A DNA stretch of 64,000 bases from a virus (IMGVR_UViG_3300031344_000003:38815-102814); one strand, 5' to 3'. Shown: positions 1 through 9,469, numbered from the stretch's first letter. The notes: generated by a model not told the origin, from the letters alone. Program-made: numbers and translations.

Positions 1-1344
1 CACGAGCACACACCCTACGATTGGGGTCACCCGCTGATCAATGAGACACTGAAAGAAACGCGAGGATTGTTGGTTTTTCAGGAATCTGTGATGGCTCTCG
101 TCAACAAGGTCGCCGGCTTTCCCATGGCCGAGACCGACGAAGTGCGCCGTGCCATCATGAAGCGCAGCATCTCGGGAGGTGAGGCCGCCAAGAAGAAGGT
201 GAAGGAGCTCGAGGACAGCATTGTCTCCGGCGCGGTCAAGAACGGCGTGCCTGAAGCGACAGCTCGCAAGATGTACGAGACGATATGTTTCATGAGCGGC
301 TATGGGTTCAATCGCGCCCACGCGTGTGGGTATAGCATTGTCTCGTACTGGTGCGCGTGGATGCTGACCCACCACGAGGAACAGTGGCTGTGCGCCTACC
401 TCGAGGCGATGTCGACGACCCCCGACAAGCGCGCCAAGGCCTTCGGCGAGGTCAAGGCCCTGGGCTACCAGATCGTGCCCATCGACATCAACCACGCGCA
501 GTTGGGGTGGACGGTGCTGCCCGGCAAGAAGCTGATGCCGTCGATGACGTCGGTCAAGGGGGTGGGTGACTCCGCCGTCGAGGAGATCATGTCGCAGCGT
601 CCCTATGAGTCGATCGAGCAGATGCTGTGGAACGACGACGGTTCGTGGCGCCCCAGCAAGTTCAACCGTCGCGCCCTCGAGGCGCTGATCAAGGTACAGG
701 CGCTCGACAGCGTGGGCTGTATCGGCCCCGACAAGGTCTTCAAGTCGTACCACCACATGCACGAGACGCTGATGGGTGAGTACGTTGAGACGGTGACCCG
801 CAAGCGCAAGGGTGTCGAGGAGACCGTCGAGATCACCCGCGAGCACGCCGCGCTGATCAAGCGGTCGAACAAGGGCGATCCCCACGAGGGCCGCAAGAAC
901 TTCTTCGAGCTGGCGCGGCGCCTGGCCGACACCCACGGTGACGAGTGGACGCGGAAGCAGCTCGCCGAGTTCAAGGCCGACTACTTCGGCACCGTCGACG
1001 TGATGACGATGTTTGACCCCAAGTACTTTGAGGCCTTCACCCGTAACGGTGTCGGGCCCATCGAAGACCTCGAGGTGGGCTCGACGGCGCTGTGTTGGTT
1101 GGTCACCACGCTGTCGGCACCAAAAAAGGGTGGGTCACCTGTCGCCGGCGTGATGAAGAAGACGAAGAATGGCAAGGCCTACCTGCAGGCCTTCGTCACC
1201 GGGCAGGTCGGCAAGCCCCTGCGGCTCAACGTGTGGGGCAAGAAGGAGCTGCTCGAACCTTATGTCCTCTATGCGGGTGAGGTGGAACGCAATGAGTTCG
1301 GCTTTTCAACTGCGGCCTTCAAGTTGAGGCTCATCGCCGGGTGA
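1..1344 (+). CDS. dnaE: DNA polymerase III alpha subunit (DnaE-type), C-terminal part; 5' end lies outside the window
   Basis: Frame 1 is open from nt 1. The translation LLVFQESVMALVNKVAGF...AGYGFNRAHACGYSIVSYWCAWMLTHH matches conserved DnaE C-terminal motifs (VMQIAQ.LAGY, FAGYGFNKSH-like). Confidence 0.8.
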   Translation, partial: HEHTPYDWGHPLINETLKETRGLLVFQESVMALVNKVAGFPMAETDEVRRAIMKRSISGGEAAKKKVKELEDSIVSGAVKNGVPEATARKMYETICFMSGYGFNRAHACGYSIVSYWCAWMLTHHEEQWLCAYLEAMSTTPDKRAKAFGEVKALGYQIVPIDINHAQLGWTVLPGKKLMPSMTSVKGVGDSAVEEIMSQRPYESIEQMLWNDDGSWRPSKFNRRALEALIKVQALDSVGCIGPDKVFKSYHHMHETLMGEYVETVTRKRKGVEETVEITREHAALIKRSNKGDPHEGRKNFFELARRLADTHGDEWTRKQLAEFKADYFGTVDVMTMFDPKYFEAFTRNGVGPIEDLEVGSTALCWLVTTLSAPKKGGSPVAGVMKKTKNGKAYLQAFVTGQVGKPLRLNVWGKKELLEPYVLYAGEVERNEFGFSTAAFKLRLIAG

Positions 1345-1371
1345 TGCGGGTGAATAATTAGGGTCAATTCC

Positions 1372-1869
1372 ATGGACTTTCTCGACATGTTCCACGTACC
1401 CGACACCGAAGAAGGCAAGCGCGACATCAAGTGGATCGAGAAGGCCCACATTGTCATGTGGCTCCTCAAGGACATGTCGTGGGTCAACCATTGGCGTTGG
1501 GTGGGCATGGCGGCGATCCTGCCGACGTTGGGGTTGGCCATCAAGATCGCCTACGACAGTCGCCATTCGATGGCCGACTTTGTCCACGATGTCGCGGTGT
1601 GTTGTTGGATCAGCGCCAACATCACCTGGATGCTGGGTGAGTTCTTTGTCAACGACGAAACCCGGCCCATCGCCAAGGTGTTCTTTTACCTCGGCGCCGT
1701 AGTAATATTGAGCTACTACGCCTACGCAGGCTCCAAGAGGTTGCTCCATGCTCATCGCCTTCGACACCAAGTTCCACAAGCCCAAGAGTCCCTCGGGGGA
1801 CGAAGTGACGCTGGCGCTCGGCCCGGGGACAGCGATGCTGACGCTGCGCTCGGACAAGTTCAACGTTGA
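1372..1869 (+). CDS. hypothetical membrane protein
   Basis: ORF with several hydrophobic segments. The C-terminal 40 aa look like read-through into the next gene's region. Confidence 0.35.
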   Translation: MDFLDMFHVPDTEEGKRDIKWIEKAHIVMWLLKDMSWVNHWRWVGMAAILPTLGLAIKIAYDSRHSMADFVHDVAVCCWISANITWMLGEFFVNDETRPIAKVFFYLGAVVILSYYAYAGSKRLLHAHRLRHQVPQAQESLGGRSDAGARPGDSDADAALGQVQR

Positions 1870-2449
1870 GCATAGGCCCGGCGCGCCGACCGAAGTGGGA
1901 CTGGCCCGCTACATGACGAAGGACGAGCTGCGAGAGCTGGCCTTGGCAGCGTCGAAGGCGGCCGATGAACTCGAGGCGCGTCAATCGCCCATCACCGTCG
2001 TGGGATCACAGGTGCCTGCCAACGTGACGTTGGCACAGCACAACATTGACTACGTCAACAATCCCGGCATACAGGCCGGAGCGGCGAGCACCCTGCCACC
2101 CGGCGTGACGTTCGTGGTGCGGGACCCGGGCAAAGGTGGGCTGATGGGTGGCTTCACCGAGCGCGAGCTGACGATGTTGTCGTACTTGATGGCGTGGCTC
2201 GTCAAGTCGCCGGCGTCCGCCGGGCGGTTGGTTTCCGTCGCTACTGGAACACAAGATGACTCTACGTTGCTTCCGCTCCTCAAGGAGCTACAGGAGCTGA
2301 TCACTACCACGGCGATCGAGCGCAATTTTGCATCCGATCGTGTCACACTGCGCGCCGCGGCGCTGACGTGGTTGGGCAACCCACACGCTCGCAAGCATGT
2401 CATTGGGAGGTTGCTATTGACGGCACTCGACGCAGGGGAGGTGGGCTGA
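1835..2449 (+). CDS. hypothetical protein (start uncertain, 1748-1913)
   Basis: Long ORF in a different frame from 1372..1869. The first ATG that avoids a large overlap is at 1835. Confidence 0.35.
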   Translation: MLTLRSDKFNVEHRPGAPTEVGLARYMTKDELRELALAASKAADELEARQSPITVVGSQVPANVTLAQHNIDYVNNPGIQAGAASTLPPGVTFVVRDPGKGGLMGGFTERELTMLSYLMAWLVKSPASAGRLVSVATGTQDDSTLLPLLKELQELITTTAIERNFASDRVTLRAAALTWLGNPHARKHVIGRLLLTALDAGEVG

Positions 2450-2527
2450 TGTGGCTCGCCGTCCTGATCGTGGTCGCGGTGTTTAGCATCGGCTTCATCC
2501 TTGGTCAAGCTCTGGAGAGGCGGTGAT
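2450..2527 (+). CDS. possible 25-aa transmembrane micro-protein (MWLAVLIVVAVFSIGFILGQALERR)
   Basis: ATGA overlap with the upstream stop and TGATTCATG coupling to the downstream gene. Single hydrophobic helix. Not in the ORF track (<60 aa). Confidence 0.2.
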
Positions 2528-2529
2528 TC

Positions 2530-3477
2530 ATGTCACTGTGCGGAGGTTGTGGATCTACGTTTGACCCATGGTCATTGAGTGGAAAAGGTAGATTTGTAAG
2601 TCGATGGTGTCGATGTTGTGTTGATGGCACTAAACGTCGTCAAGTGTTTGATTGTTTAGGTTGTCATCAACACATTGATCGTTGGGTTGAAGGTCTTTAT
2701 ACCTCACCAACTTTTTGTAATAAGTCATGTAGAATGAAGTATGAATATGCTAACAATATTAGGCGTAATTTTCTTAATGATAAAACAACGTGGGAATGGT
2801 GGGTCAGTAAATACGGCGAAGAAGAAGCACTTCGTAGAAAAGAGCATCATCGCGACGCAACATCACTAGCTACGTCGGGAGAAAATAATCCGATGTATGG
2901 GCGTCATGATCATGTACACGGTTTGAAACGTTTTGCCAAAGAAAAGACTGGTAAAACACTTGAAGAAGTGCATGGCGTTGATCTAGCAAGGAAAATGCGC
3001 GAGAACAAGTCATTACATGCGCGTGGGTCAAATAATCCTGCGTATGGCAAGGTGTATACGAAAGGTGGAAAGAGCATTAAGGGTTACTACAAAGACAAGT
3101 TTTTTCGTAGTCTACTCGAGTATTCATTCATGAAACATCTTGAGAGTGAGGGGTTATCGCTTAACATTGATGTTGATTATGAGTGCTTCATTGTTCCATA
3201 TGTGTTCAATGGTGCTGATCGGACATATCGCGTTGATTTTTACGTGCCAAGTCGTCATGCAGTGTATGAAGTCAAACCTGCTTATGCTATGAAAGGTGTG
3301 ACGCCCATCAATGAAGCAAAATGGAGTGCAGCACGTGTATACTTCAACCAACGCGGCATACAATTTTATGTAATGTCTGAGTTAGATTTTCCAAAGATCA
3401 TGTTTGATATCGCGAGACAAGACAGCGATGTGACATGGAAAGAAGAGACGTTCAAGTATTTCAAGAGGTCAAAATGA
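2530..3477 (+). CDS. putative homing-endonuclease-like protein: Cys-rich HNH-like N-terminus, NUMOD3-like repeats, C-terminal PD-(D/E)xK-like motif
   Basis: N-terminal CGGCG..CRCC..CLGCHQH..CNKSC. Repeats ENNPMYGRHDHVHG and SNNPAYGKVYTKGG resemble NUMOD3 (N.MYGK.HSEE). C-terminal RVDFYVPSRHAVYEVKP fits D...EVK. Sits in a low-GC island. Confidence 0.45.
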   Translation: MSLCGGCGSTFDPWSLSGKGRFVSRWCRCCVDGTKRRQVFDCLGCHQHIDRWVEGLYTSPTFCNKSCRMKYEYANNIRRNFLNDKTTWEWWVSKYGEEEALRRKEHHRDATSLATSGENNPMYGRHDHVHGLKRFAKEKTGKTLEEVHGVDLARKMRENKSLHARGSNNPAYGKVYTKGGKSIKGYYKDKFFRSLLEYSFMKHLESEGLSLNIDVDYECFIVPYVFNGADRTYRVDFYVPSRHAVYEVKPAYAMKGVTPINEAKWSAARVYFNQRGIQFYVMSELDFPKIMFDIARQDSDVTWKEETFKYFKRSK

Positions 3478-4196
3478 TGCAACGAGTTATCATGTTTGTT
3501 GGGCCAGATCGTTGTGGCAAAACGCAAATTGCTCAAGCTCTTGCAAAAAAGATGGGTGCGATGTACTTCAAAGCATCGTGGGAACATGCCGCATATCAAC
3601 AAAGCATAGGTCTTCGTCAAGGTCGAGATTTAGATCGGGGTGCAGTCGGTGCTAATCTTGATTTAGTGCGCCATCAAGTGCGCGAAATTGCTCGACAAGA
3701 TGATATTGGATTTTGGGTTGCTGAGACAAAAGATAGTGATGGTAAACTCACTCGACAGACTCTTGAACCCAAGGCATTTACGAAAAAAGATCGATTTTTG
3801 AATGAATTACGGTTTGCCGATCCGCGTACATTTGATTTTGTGAAACAATTAGGAGAACAACTTGGAACAAGCGTTGTGTTTGATCGTGCATACCCTTGTG
3901 AAAGTGCGTATTCAACCGTAATGTGCCGTGAAACCGATCAATCAGCGCTTGAACAAATTGATCGTTGGTGGTCATCTCTTAATACTTTGATTATTGTGTG
4001 TCGTCGATCTAACTACAGTGGCATTACAGACGATCTTGATTCTTCAATCAATGGTGACGTACTTCAAAAACTTGATGACGCATACATGGAATTTACCACG
4101 TGGACGCGGTGCTTCTTCAAAGAACTCAACGTCGACGATGAAGACCTCGACCGCGAAGTCAATGAGATCCTGCAGTTCATCGGATGGGAGAAGTGA
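3474..4196 (+). CDS. P-loop nucleoside/nucleotide kinase (possible dNMP kinase)
   Basis: Walker A IMFVGPDRCGKTQIA close to the N-terminus. ATGA overlap with the upstream gene. Also low-GC. Confidence 0.5.
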   Translation: MMQRVIMFVGPDRCGKTQIAQALAKKMGAMYFKASWEHAAYQQSIGLRQGRDLDRGAVGANLDLVRHQVREIARQDDIGFWVAETKDSDGKLTRQTLEPKAFTKKDRFLNELRFADPRTFDFVKQLGEQLGTSVVFDRAYPCESAYSTVMCRETDQSALEQIDRWWSSLNTLIIVCRRSNYSGITDDLDSSINGDVLQKLDDAYMEFTTWTRCFFKELNVDDEDLDREVNEILQFIGWEK

Positions 4197-4204
4197 GGTG
4201 ATCC

Positions 4205-4390
4205 ATGTGGCTCTATGACAGCGTGGCGAACGTGTGGCACATGTGGGCAATTGCCAGCCCAACGATCGGCACCAAGGCATGGTGCGGCTTCGCTCTAACG
4301 GCAGATTGCACCCCCACGGGCGGCACCACCGGCATCCGCTGCGTATCGTGCAGTTACCTCTTCACCAAGTCGAGGCCCCAACGTGCCTAA
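4205..4390 (+). CDS. small hypothetical protein (61 aa, Trp-rich)
   Basis: ATG 8 nt after a GAGGTGA RBS. Confidence 0.25.
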   Translation: MWLYDSVANVWHMWAIASPTIGTKAWCGFALTADCTPTGGTTGIRCVSCSYLFTKSRPQRA

Positions 4391-4877
4391 TACCTGTCAC
4401 TTCTGCGCCAAGCCAACGAAGCCGGGTCACAACTACTGTGATTGGGACTGTCACGTCGCTGATGCCAAGCGCATTGGGGGCAAGGTCAAGTGTCCCAACG
4501 GTCTGCGCATCGCCTGCATCAAGCACAACGGCGACATGCTGGAACACGAGCACGGTGACCACCCGGACTACAAGTTTCCCGTCACCGTCGAGTACCACGG
4601 CACCGACTTCGAGCGCGCCGAGGTGCAGCTGGCGATCTATGGCAAGCTACTCACGCCTGCTGAATTGCTGCGCTCCCGTGATCAGGTGCACGCGCTGATC
4701 TACACCGACGGAACCATCGCGGTGACAATGTACGAATGTTGTTACGCGACGTGGTTCATCAATCAATCAAGCGTTTCCCGTGTGGTGGGTAACCTGTGGG
4801 AGCGCGGTGAGTGGGCGTTATCTGCGGCTTCACGCACGAAGATCAGTGACTTGTACAATGGCTCGCGTGGGCACTAG
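4383..4877 (+). CDS. hypothetical protein with N-terminal Cys/His zinc-binding cluster (GTG start)
   Basis: CHFC..C.WDCH...CPNG..C motif. No conflicting ORF. Confidence 0.4.
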   Translation: MPNTCHFCAKPTKPGHNYCDWDCHVADAKRIGGKVKCPNGLRIACIKHNGDMLEHEHGDHPDYKFPVTVEYHGTDFERAEVQLAIYGKLLTPAELLRSRDQVHALIYTDGTIAVTMYECCYATWFINQSSVSRVVGNLWERGEWALSAASRTKISDLYNGSRGH

Positions 4878-4886
4878 AATCAGCAC

Positions 4887-5438
4887 ATGAAACTCTACTG
4901 GCTTGATCTAGAAACCACGGGTCTCGATCCCTCAAGCACCGAGATTCTTGAAGTGGCGGTCGCCGAGGCTGACTTGCTCAACCCCTTCGACGTCAAGCAC
5001 ATCTATCACGCGGTGTTGCCGCTCCTCACGCACGTCGAGCAGCTTAACCCGTTCATTGTCAACATGCACACCCAGAACGGGTTGTTGGCCGAGTGTCAGG
5101 GTCCGAATACCAAGTCGCTAGCGCAGGTTGACAAGGAACTGGCTGCGTTGATTGCGTGGGTCGACGACAAGGACGAGCGTGCCACACTGGCCGGGTCGAG
5201 CATTCACTTCGACCACTCGTACATCAAGGTGTACATGCCGCTGACCAACAAGAATCTGTCATACCGTCACTATGACGTGTCAGCACTGAAGTTGTTCTGC
5301 CAATCGATGGGCATGCCCAAGTTCAAGAAGGCCGAAGCGCACCGTGCCAAGGACGACATCATCGAGAGCGTTGACCACGCCAAGGCCTGCAAGGAGTGGC
5401 TGACGGCGAACTTGAGCTATGCGCCGGTGATGAAGTGA
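4887..5438 (+). CDS. orn: oligoribonuclease (DEDDh 3'-5' exoribonuclease)
   Basis: LYWLDLETTGLDP..ILEVA, HFDHSYIKVYMP, YRHYDVSALKL and AHRAKDDIIESV match Orn almost motif for motif. Confidence 0.85.
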   Translation: MKLYWLDLETTGLDPSSTEILEVAVAEADLLNPFDVKHIYHAVLPLLTHVEQLNPFIVNMHTQNGLLAECQGPNTKSLAQVDKELAALIAWVDDKDERATLAGSSIHFDHSYIKVYMPLTNKNLSYRHYDVSALKLFCQSMGMPKFKKAEAHRAKDDIIESVDHAKACKEWLTANLSYAPVMK

Positions 5439-5662
5439 AGCTCGGCCTCATCTTCGTTGGGTTGTTGGCGCTGTGCGGGTGTTCGCAGACCGCACAGGTC
5501 CTGTCGAAGGATGGAACTAAGGTCGCGGCGGTGTGTGAGGGTGGTAACTGGGTGCTGTGCATGACCACAACGTGCCCCAACGGTTACGACGTTGTCAGCA
5601 TTGACATGCGAAACAGTGAACGCGCGCCACAGGACGCCAACGCGATCGTCAGGTGCAAGTGA
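5435..5662 (+). CDS. small lipoprotein (GTG start)
   Basis: N-terminus VKLGLIFVGLLALCGCSQ is a signal peptide with a lipobox-like LxGC. Confidence 0.45.
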   Translation: MKLGLIFVGLLALCGCSQTAQVLSKDGTKVAAVCEGGNWVLCMTTTCPNGYDVVSIDMRNSERAPQDANAIVRCK

Positions 5663-5669
5663 GTGTTGA

Positions 5670-6761
5670 TCAGTCAGCCAGTCTTGACAGGTGCTCGTAC
5701 ACCAGCTCATCGATGATCTGCCTGGCCTCGTCAATGGGATCCCACGTCTGCGTGTGATCAAAGCCCAGCTTCTTGACCTTCAACTTGCCGTCGGGGTCAC
5801 GGGTGACCTTGGCATCCTGGCCTGGGTTGAACCGCGTGTTGGTGGTGGGCCCGGGACCGTAGGCCTTGCCCTTGTAGCGGGTGTGGACGGGACGGTTGTT
5901 CTTGCGGCCGTAGATGCGGTAGGTGTCCTTCGACGCGCCGGGGGTACGGACGCTGTTGGCCGGGTCAGCCTTGGGTTTCTTGGCCCAATCGGGCTGTTCT
6001 GCCTTGGGACGGTCATATGTACCAGCGCTGGGTGGCTTGGCCCAATAAGGTTGTTCTGCCTTGGGCGGGGGTGGGCGACCGGGTCGAGGTTTTTCGACAT
6101 AGCCCTTCTTGCGCTTGTCATTGATCTGTGCCTGCGCCACGTGGACCGCCATGCCGTTTGCACTGTAATCCTCGGTAGTGGTTTGACCCGCTGAACCGAT
6201 GCGGCCCCATCGCTTGGTGAGTTTATTACCACTAACGCTGATCTCCCAGAACTTGCTCGATGAACCACCCACGAATTCGAAGTAGCGAGGCTCTCTGAAC
6301 CCGCTCTTTCGTTGCTCCTCCTGCGCTTTCTTCGCCGAGGCCTGGTCATTGTATGTTCCACCGGCCGATGCTGGTGGGGGTGGCTGCTTTTTCCACCATG
6401 CATCGCGCTCGTCGCGTTTGCTGGAATTCCATCCGTCTTGTGGCGGGGGAGGTGCTGCCTTGGGTGGTGCCGCATGGGCCTTCGCCGCCTTGGGATCTTC
6501 ATAACCCTTGAATTCGGCGCCGAACCTGAACTTGTTGGTGGGGTTGAGCAGCCGATCCTTGGCATTGTTGATGTCGACCATCTTGCCGTGGGCGTTGGGA
6601 TCGCCTGCGTTGCGGTCGGGGTGGTGCTGGAGGGCCAACTTCTTCCATGCCGCCTTGATCTGATCCTCCGACGCACCCTTGGGCACCCCGAGGATATCAT
6701 AGGCGTTGAGCAGGGCCTCTTGGATCAGGCGCCTGACCTCGTGGATGTTGAGCCTCATCAC
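5670..6761 (-). CDS. J-domain (DnaJ-like) plus WGR-domain protein with a Pro/Lys-rich repeat region
   Basis: YDILGVPKGASEDQIKAAWKKLALQHHPDRN (HPD motif). KFWEISVSGNKLTKRWGRIGSAGQ fits a WGR domain. Repeats AEQPYWAKPP / AEQPDWAKKP. Confidence 0.7.
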   Translation of the reverse strand: MMRLNIHEVRRLIQEALLNAYDILGVPKGASEDQIKAAWKKLALQHHPDRNAGDPNAHGKMVDINNAKDRLLNPTNKFRFGAEFKGYEDPKAAKAHAAPPKAAPPPPQDGWNSSKRDERDAWWKKQPPPPASAGGTYNDQASAKKAQEEQRKSGFREPRYFEFVGGSSSKFWEISVSGNKLTKRWGRIGSAGQTTTEDYSANGMAVHVAQAQINDKRKKGYVEKPRPGRPPPPKAEQPYWAKPPSAGTYDRPKAEQPDWAKKPKADPANSVRTPGASKDTYRIYGRKNNRPVHTRYKGKAYGPGPTTNTRFNPGQDAKVTRDPDGKLKVKKLGFDHTQTWDPIDEARQIIDELVYEHLSRLAD

Positions 6762-6799
6762 CGTAAATAGGGGTGTAGATGGGCGTGTGCGGGAGTAAA

Positions 6800-8122
6800 A
6801 TGAAGAGCATGAAGCGACTACTGGTGACGACGCAGTTGAGCAACTTTGTCGACGGTAAAGCAGATCTCGCTTGCGATAGCGGGTGGCAAATGTGCATCAA
6901 CCGCATCCGCGAGATGCTACGATTGAACCCCAACCTCTACGTCGACATCATGGGACCCAATGAGGATCAGTTGGTGCAGCACCCCGCCGACGTCAATCCT
7001 GATCTGGTTGCGATGTACGGCGAGATCGACGTGCCACGATTGCGGTACATTGAGCACCCAATCGTCACCAGCGCGCTGATCACCCGCTATGACTTCAAGT
7101 GGTCGGAGATCGCCGACTCAATGGGCCTCGAGGAACACAAGGCTGATGTCACCCAGCGCTATGACGCCGTCTATGTGAATGATCCCATGCAGCTCCGCGC
7201 CTTCAAGGCCATGTTCCACGTCGTCGGGGGCTACCAACCCAAGTTCTTCGTGCACTCACACTTCGTCGACGTCCCCGAGGTCCCCAAGTTCCCAGCCGAA
7301 GCGTCGCTGTGGCTGGGCCAGTGCGAGGCCACGCTGAAGGCTGACTACAACTTCTGGCAGTGCGAGTCGGCGATGAACCAGTTCTTCGACAGCATGGGCA
7401 AGTGGTTCGTGCAGGACGTGGTCGACGACGTGCGGGCTAAATCGCAAGCGTCTGATGACGGGTATTCGATTGCGGAGATCACTTCGCCCATATGCCAAGC
7501 TAATCTACGGTTTACGGACGCTGAGTGGCGTGCCAAGACTAATGGTAAGGTGGTACTGTTCTTTCCCAATCGCATTAGCCAGAGTTCAAGTGATTACACG
7601 CGTGGTTGGTGGTTCACACATGAGTTCATGCCCAAACTTCGACAACGTCGCCAAGACTATGTCGTGGTGTGCGGTAATCCTAACATGAAGCTGTCGAATG
7701 ATGAACTCGTTCAATTATGTGGGCCTCATGGTTATGTTAAGCTGCACGATCACACGTTCAATCGTGATGAGTATAAGTACGTTGCGTCACACAGTGACAT
7801 TGTCGTAGCGCTGTATGATGCCAAGAGTGACGCGTACGGTGGGACGGCCTCTCGAGAATGCATTGAATTGGGGTGTGTACCATGCTGGCCTTCTTGCAAT
7901 GAATATTTGAGCCTTGCTCGAGAAGCAAGAGTTGAACACCTATTGGCCAAGTCTGACTTGTCTGATTTAGTAGACGTCGCAGACAATCTCATTGGTCTTG
8001 CGGGTTCATCATCTTTGCCATTGAAACAGTACAATGAACGATTGCGTGAAGTTGTACGTAGGCGCTGTTCGTTTGAACAGACTGTTCCCACAATGATGAA
8101 AAAGATGGGTCTACTATGCTAA
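6800..8122 (+). CDS. putative glycosyltransferase (GT-B-like; weak similarity to the T4 beta-glucosyltransferase UDP-binding motif)
   Basis: C-terminal YDAKSDAYGGTASRECIELGCVPCWP resembles GT-B E..G..EA..G.P and T4 BGT IYGGSFRSGQRE. Start set at MKSMKRLL after a GGGAG RBS. GC drops sharply after about 7440, so the gene looks chimeric. Confidence 0.35.
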   Translation: MKSMKRLLVTTQLSNFVDGKADLACDSGWQMCINRIREMLRLNPNLYVDIMGPNEDQLVQHPADVNPDLVAMYGEIDVPRLRYIEHPIVTSALITRYDFKWSEIADSMGLEEHKADVTQRYDAVYVNDPMQLRAFKAMFHVVGGYQPKFFVHSHFVDVPEVPKFPAEASLWLGQCEATLKADYNFWQCESAMNQFFDSMGKWFVQDVVDDVRAKSQASDDGYSIAEITSPICQANLRFTDAEWRAKTNGKVVLFFPNRISQSSSDYTRGWWFTHEFMPKLRQRRQDYVVVCGNPNMKLSNDELVQLCGPHGYVKLHDHTFNRDEYKYVASHSDIVVALYDAKSDAYGGTASRECIELGCVPCWPSCNEYLSLAREARVEHLLAKSDLSDLVDVADNLIGLAGSSSLPLKQYNERLREVVRRRCSFEQTVPTMMKKMGLLC

Positions 8123-9141
8123 TTGAAGTTCTCGAAACATGGATCAAGACGCCTCGATACAAGAATCGTGGTAAACGACGATTGTTAGCGATTGTTGCGT
8201 GTGATGCGTGCGGCAAACGTGAACAGCTACCATACATCAACGGAATGTGGGAGACTCGAAAACGCGTCTGTTCACCTGAGTGTGATACAAAACTACGATC
8301 TCGTGGTGGTGCGCTTTATGCAAGTATCACGGCGACGAACGTAGAGCGATATGGCGCAAAGTACGCATCAGCGACTGATTTAGGAAAGCACAAACAGGAA
8401 GAGACAAATCTTAGAAAGTATGGATATAAGGCATCCTCACAATCACCTGAAGTTGAAGCTAAACGACTTAACACGTGTCTTTCTATGTATGGCGGACCTG
8501 CAGCAACAAGTGACGCGAACGTCAGAGCGAAAGTCAAGTTGACGTGTGATACCAAGTTTGGTGGTGGTGTGTTGCTCGATGATGATATTCGAGAGCAATT
8601 CAACGCAACTATGGTAGAACGACATGGTGCACCGTGGGCAGCACAATCAGCAATCATTCTCGCTAAACAACATCAGACCAACATTGAACGTTATGGAGTT
8701 GCGTTTCCATTCCACACAGATGAAGCGAAGTCAAGAGCACACTCACCCCAAGCGCTACTCAAACGCCATGAGACCATGAAGCGTAATGGCACATACAGGA
8801 CTTCAAAGCCTGAAGACCGTCTCTATCAAGTTCTGTGTGAGATGTTTGATATAGACGACGTCGACCGCCAGACGCTCGTATACAAGTGGCCAATTGACTT
8901 CTACGCCAAGAGCATTGACACCTACGTACAGTACGACAGTTATTGGCATGGCGTCGGACGCGCAATCATTGAGGTCGCTGAACACAAGGTGCCTCGAGAC
9001 GTCTCGATTCACAAGAAGATGCTGACTGACATCGCTCAGGATGCGTACTTCGCCGAACGTGGCATGCGGCTCATTCGTGTGCAGAGCCTGACGCCTGAAC
9101 AGATTACCCCCGCGGCCATGCGTCGCATGGGCCTGCTGTGA
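8116..9141 (+). CDS. putative homing-endonuclease-like protein: Cys4 zinc ribbon, tandem ERYG repeats, C-terminal DUF559/Vsr-like motif
   Basis: CDACGKR...CSPEC. Repeats NVERYGAKYAS / LRKYGYKAS / MVERHGAPWA / NIERYGVAF. C-terminal PIDFYAKSIDTYVQYDSYWHG is like the DUF559 .DF...IE.DG..WH. In a low-GC segment. Confidence 0.4.
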   Translation: MLIEVLETWIKTPRYKNRGKRRLLAIVACDACGKREQLPYINGMWETRKRVCSPECDTKLRSRGGALYASITATNVERYGAKYASATDLGKHKQEETNLRKYGYKASSQSPEVEAKRLNTCLSMYGGPAATSDANVRAKVKLTCDTKFGGGVLLDDDIREQFNATMVERHGAPWAAQSAIILAKQHQTNIERYGVAFPFHTDEAKSRAHSPQALLKRHETMKRNGTYRTSKPEDRLYQVLCEMFDIDDVDRQTLVYKWPIDFYAKSIDTYVQYDSYWHGVGRAIIEVAEHKVPRDVSIHKKMLTDIAQDAYFAERGMRLIRVQSLTPEQITPAAMRRMGLL

Positions 9142-9142
9142 C

Positions 9143-9469
9143 ATGAAACCCGGTGACCTCATCGAGTGGGCGTACAAGTCGGACGGCAAAGTCGTTCACC
9201 CCCATGAAGAATTGTGGTCATCGATCGAGAAACGCTACGTGCCCATCGGCGGCCTACACCTGTTCGTCAGCAATGTTGACGGCACCCTGACATGGCTGCC
9301 TCTGGGTGAGAATTGTAAGGGGTTGCTCCACGCGCGCGAGGCTGATACGATGGCCAGGTCGGGCCGGTCGTTCGCGACGAGCGGTTGCTCCACGCGCGCG
9401 AGGCTGATACCGACCTGTACGGCGAGTGGTGCGACGACGAAGTCGGTTGCTCCACGCGCGCGAGGCTGA
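9143..9469 (+). CDS. small MKPGDLIEW-family protein, paralog 1; 3' end runs into the repeat array
   Basis: The first 70 aa are conserved with 14071 and 14328 (VPIGG(I/L)HL, DG.LTWL, KGLLhAaEaD). ATG 1 nt after the upstream stop. The tail after GLLHAREAD is translated repeat/spacer sequence. Confidence 0.5.
   Translation: MKPGDLIEWAYKSDGKVVHPHEELWSSIEKRYVPIGGLHLFVSNVDGTLTWLPLGENCKGLLHAREADTMARSGRSFATSGCSTRARLIPTCTASGATTKSVAPRARG

Noticed and set aside
4234-4698. 154-aa Pro/Ser/Thr-rich ORF overlapping 4383..4877
   Set aside because: It is out of frame with the Cys/His-motif ORF and its composition is typical of an alternative frame.
6779-6799. N-terminal MGVCGSK, resembling a eukaryotic N-myristoylation signal, and with it the idea of a eukaryotic giant virus
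   Set aside because: A better start (ATG 6800, MKSMKRLL) follows a GGGAG ribosome-binding site. The genome shows prokaryotic operon coupling (ATGA/GTGA overlaps, SD sites, lipoboxes) and a T4-like gene set.
9143-9469. Assigning the PGDL small proteins to LRAT / NlpC-P60 (which also begin ...PGDLI)
   Set aside because: The proteins are only about 70 aa and lack the His and Cys (NCEHF) catalytic residues. The similarity is limited to the short N-terminal motif.
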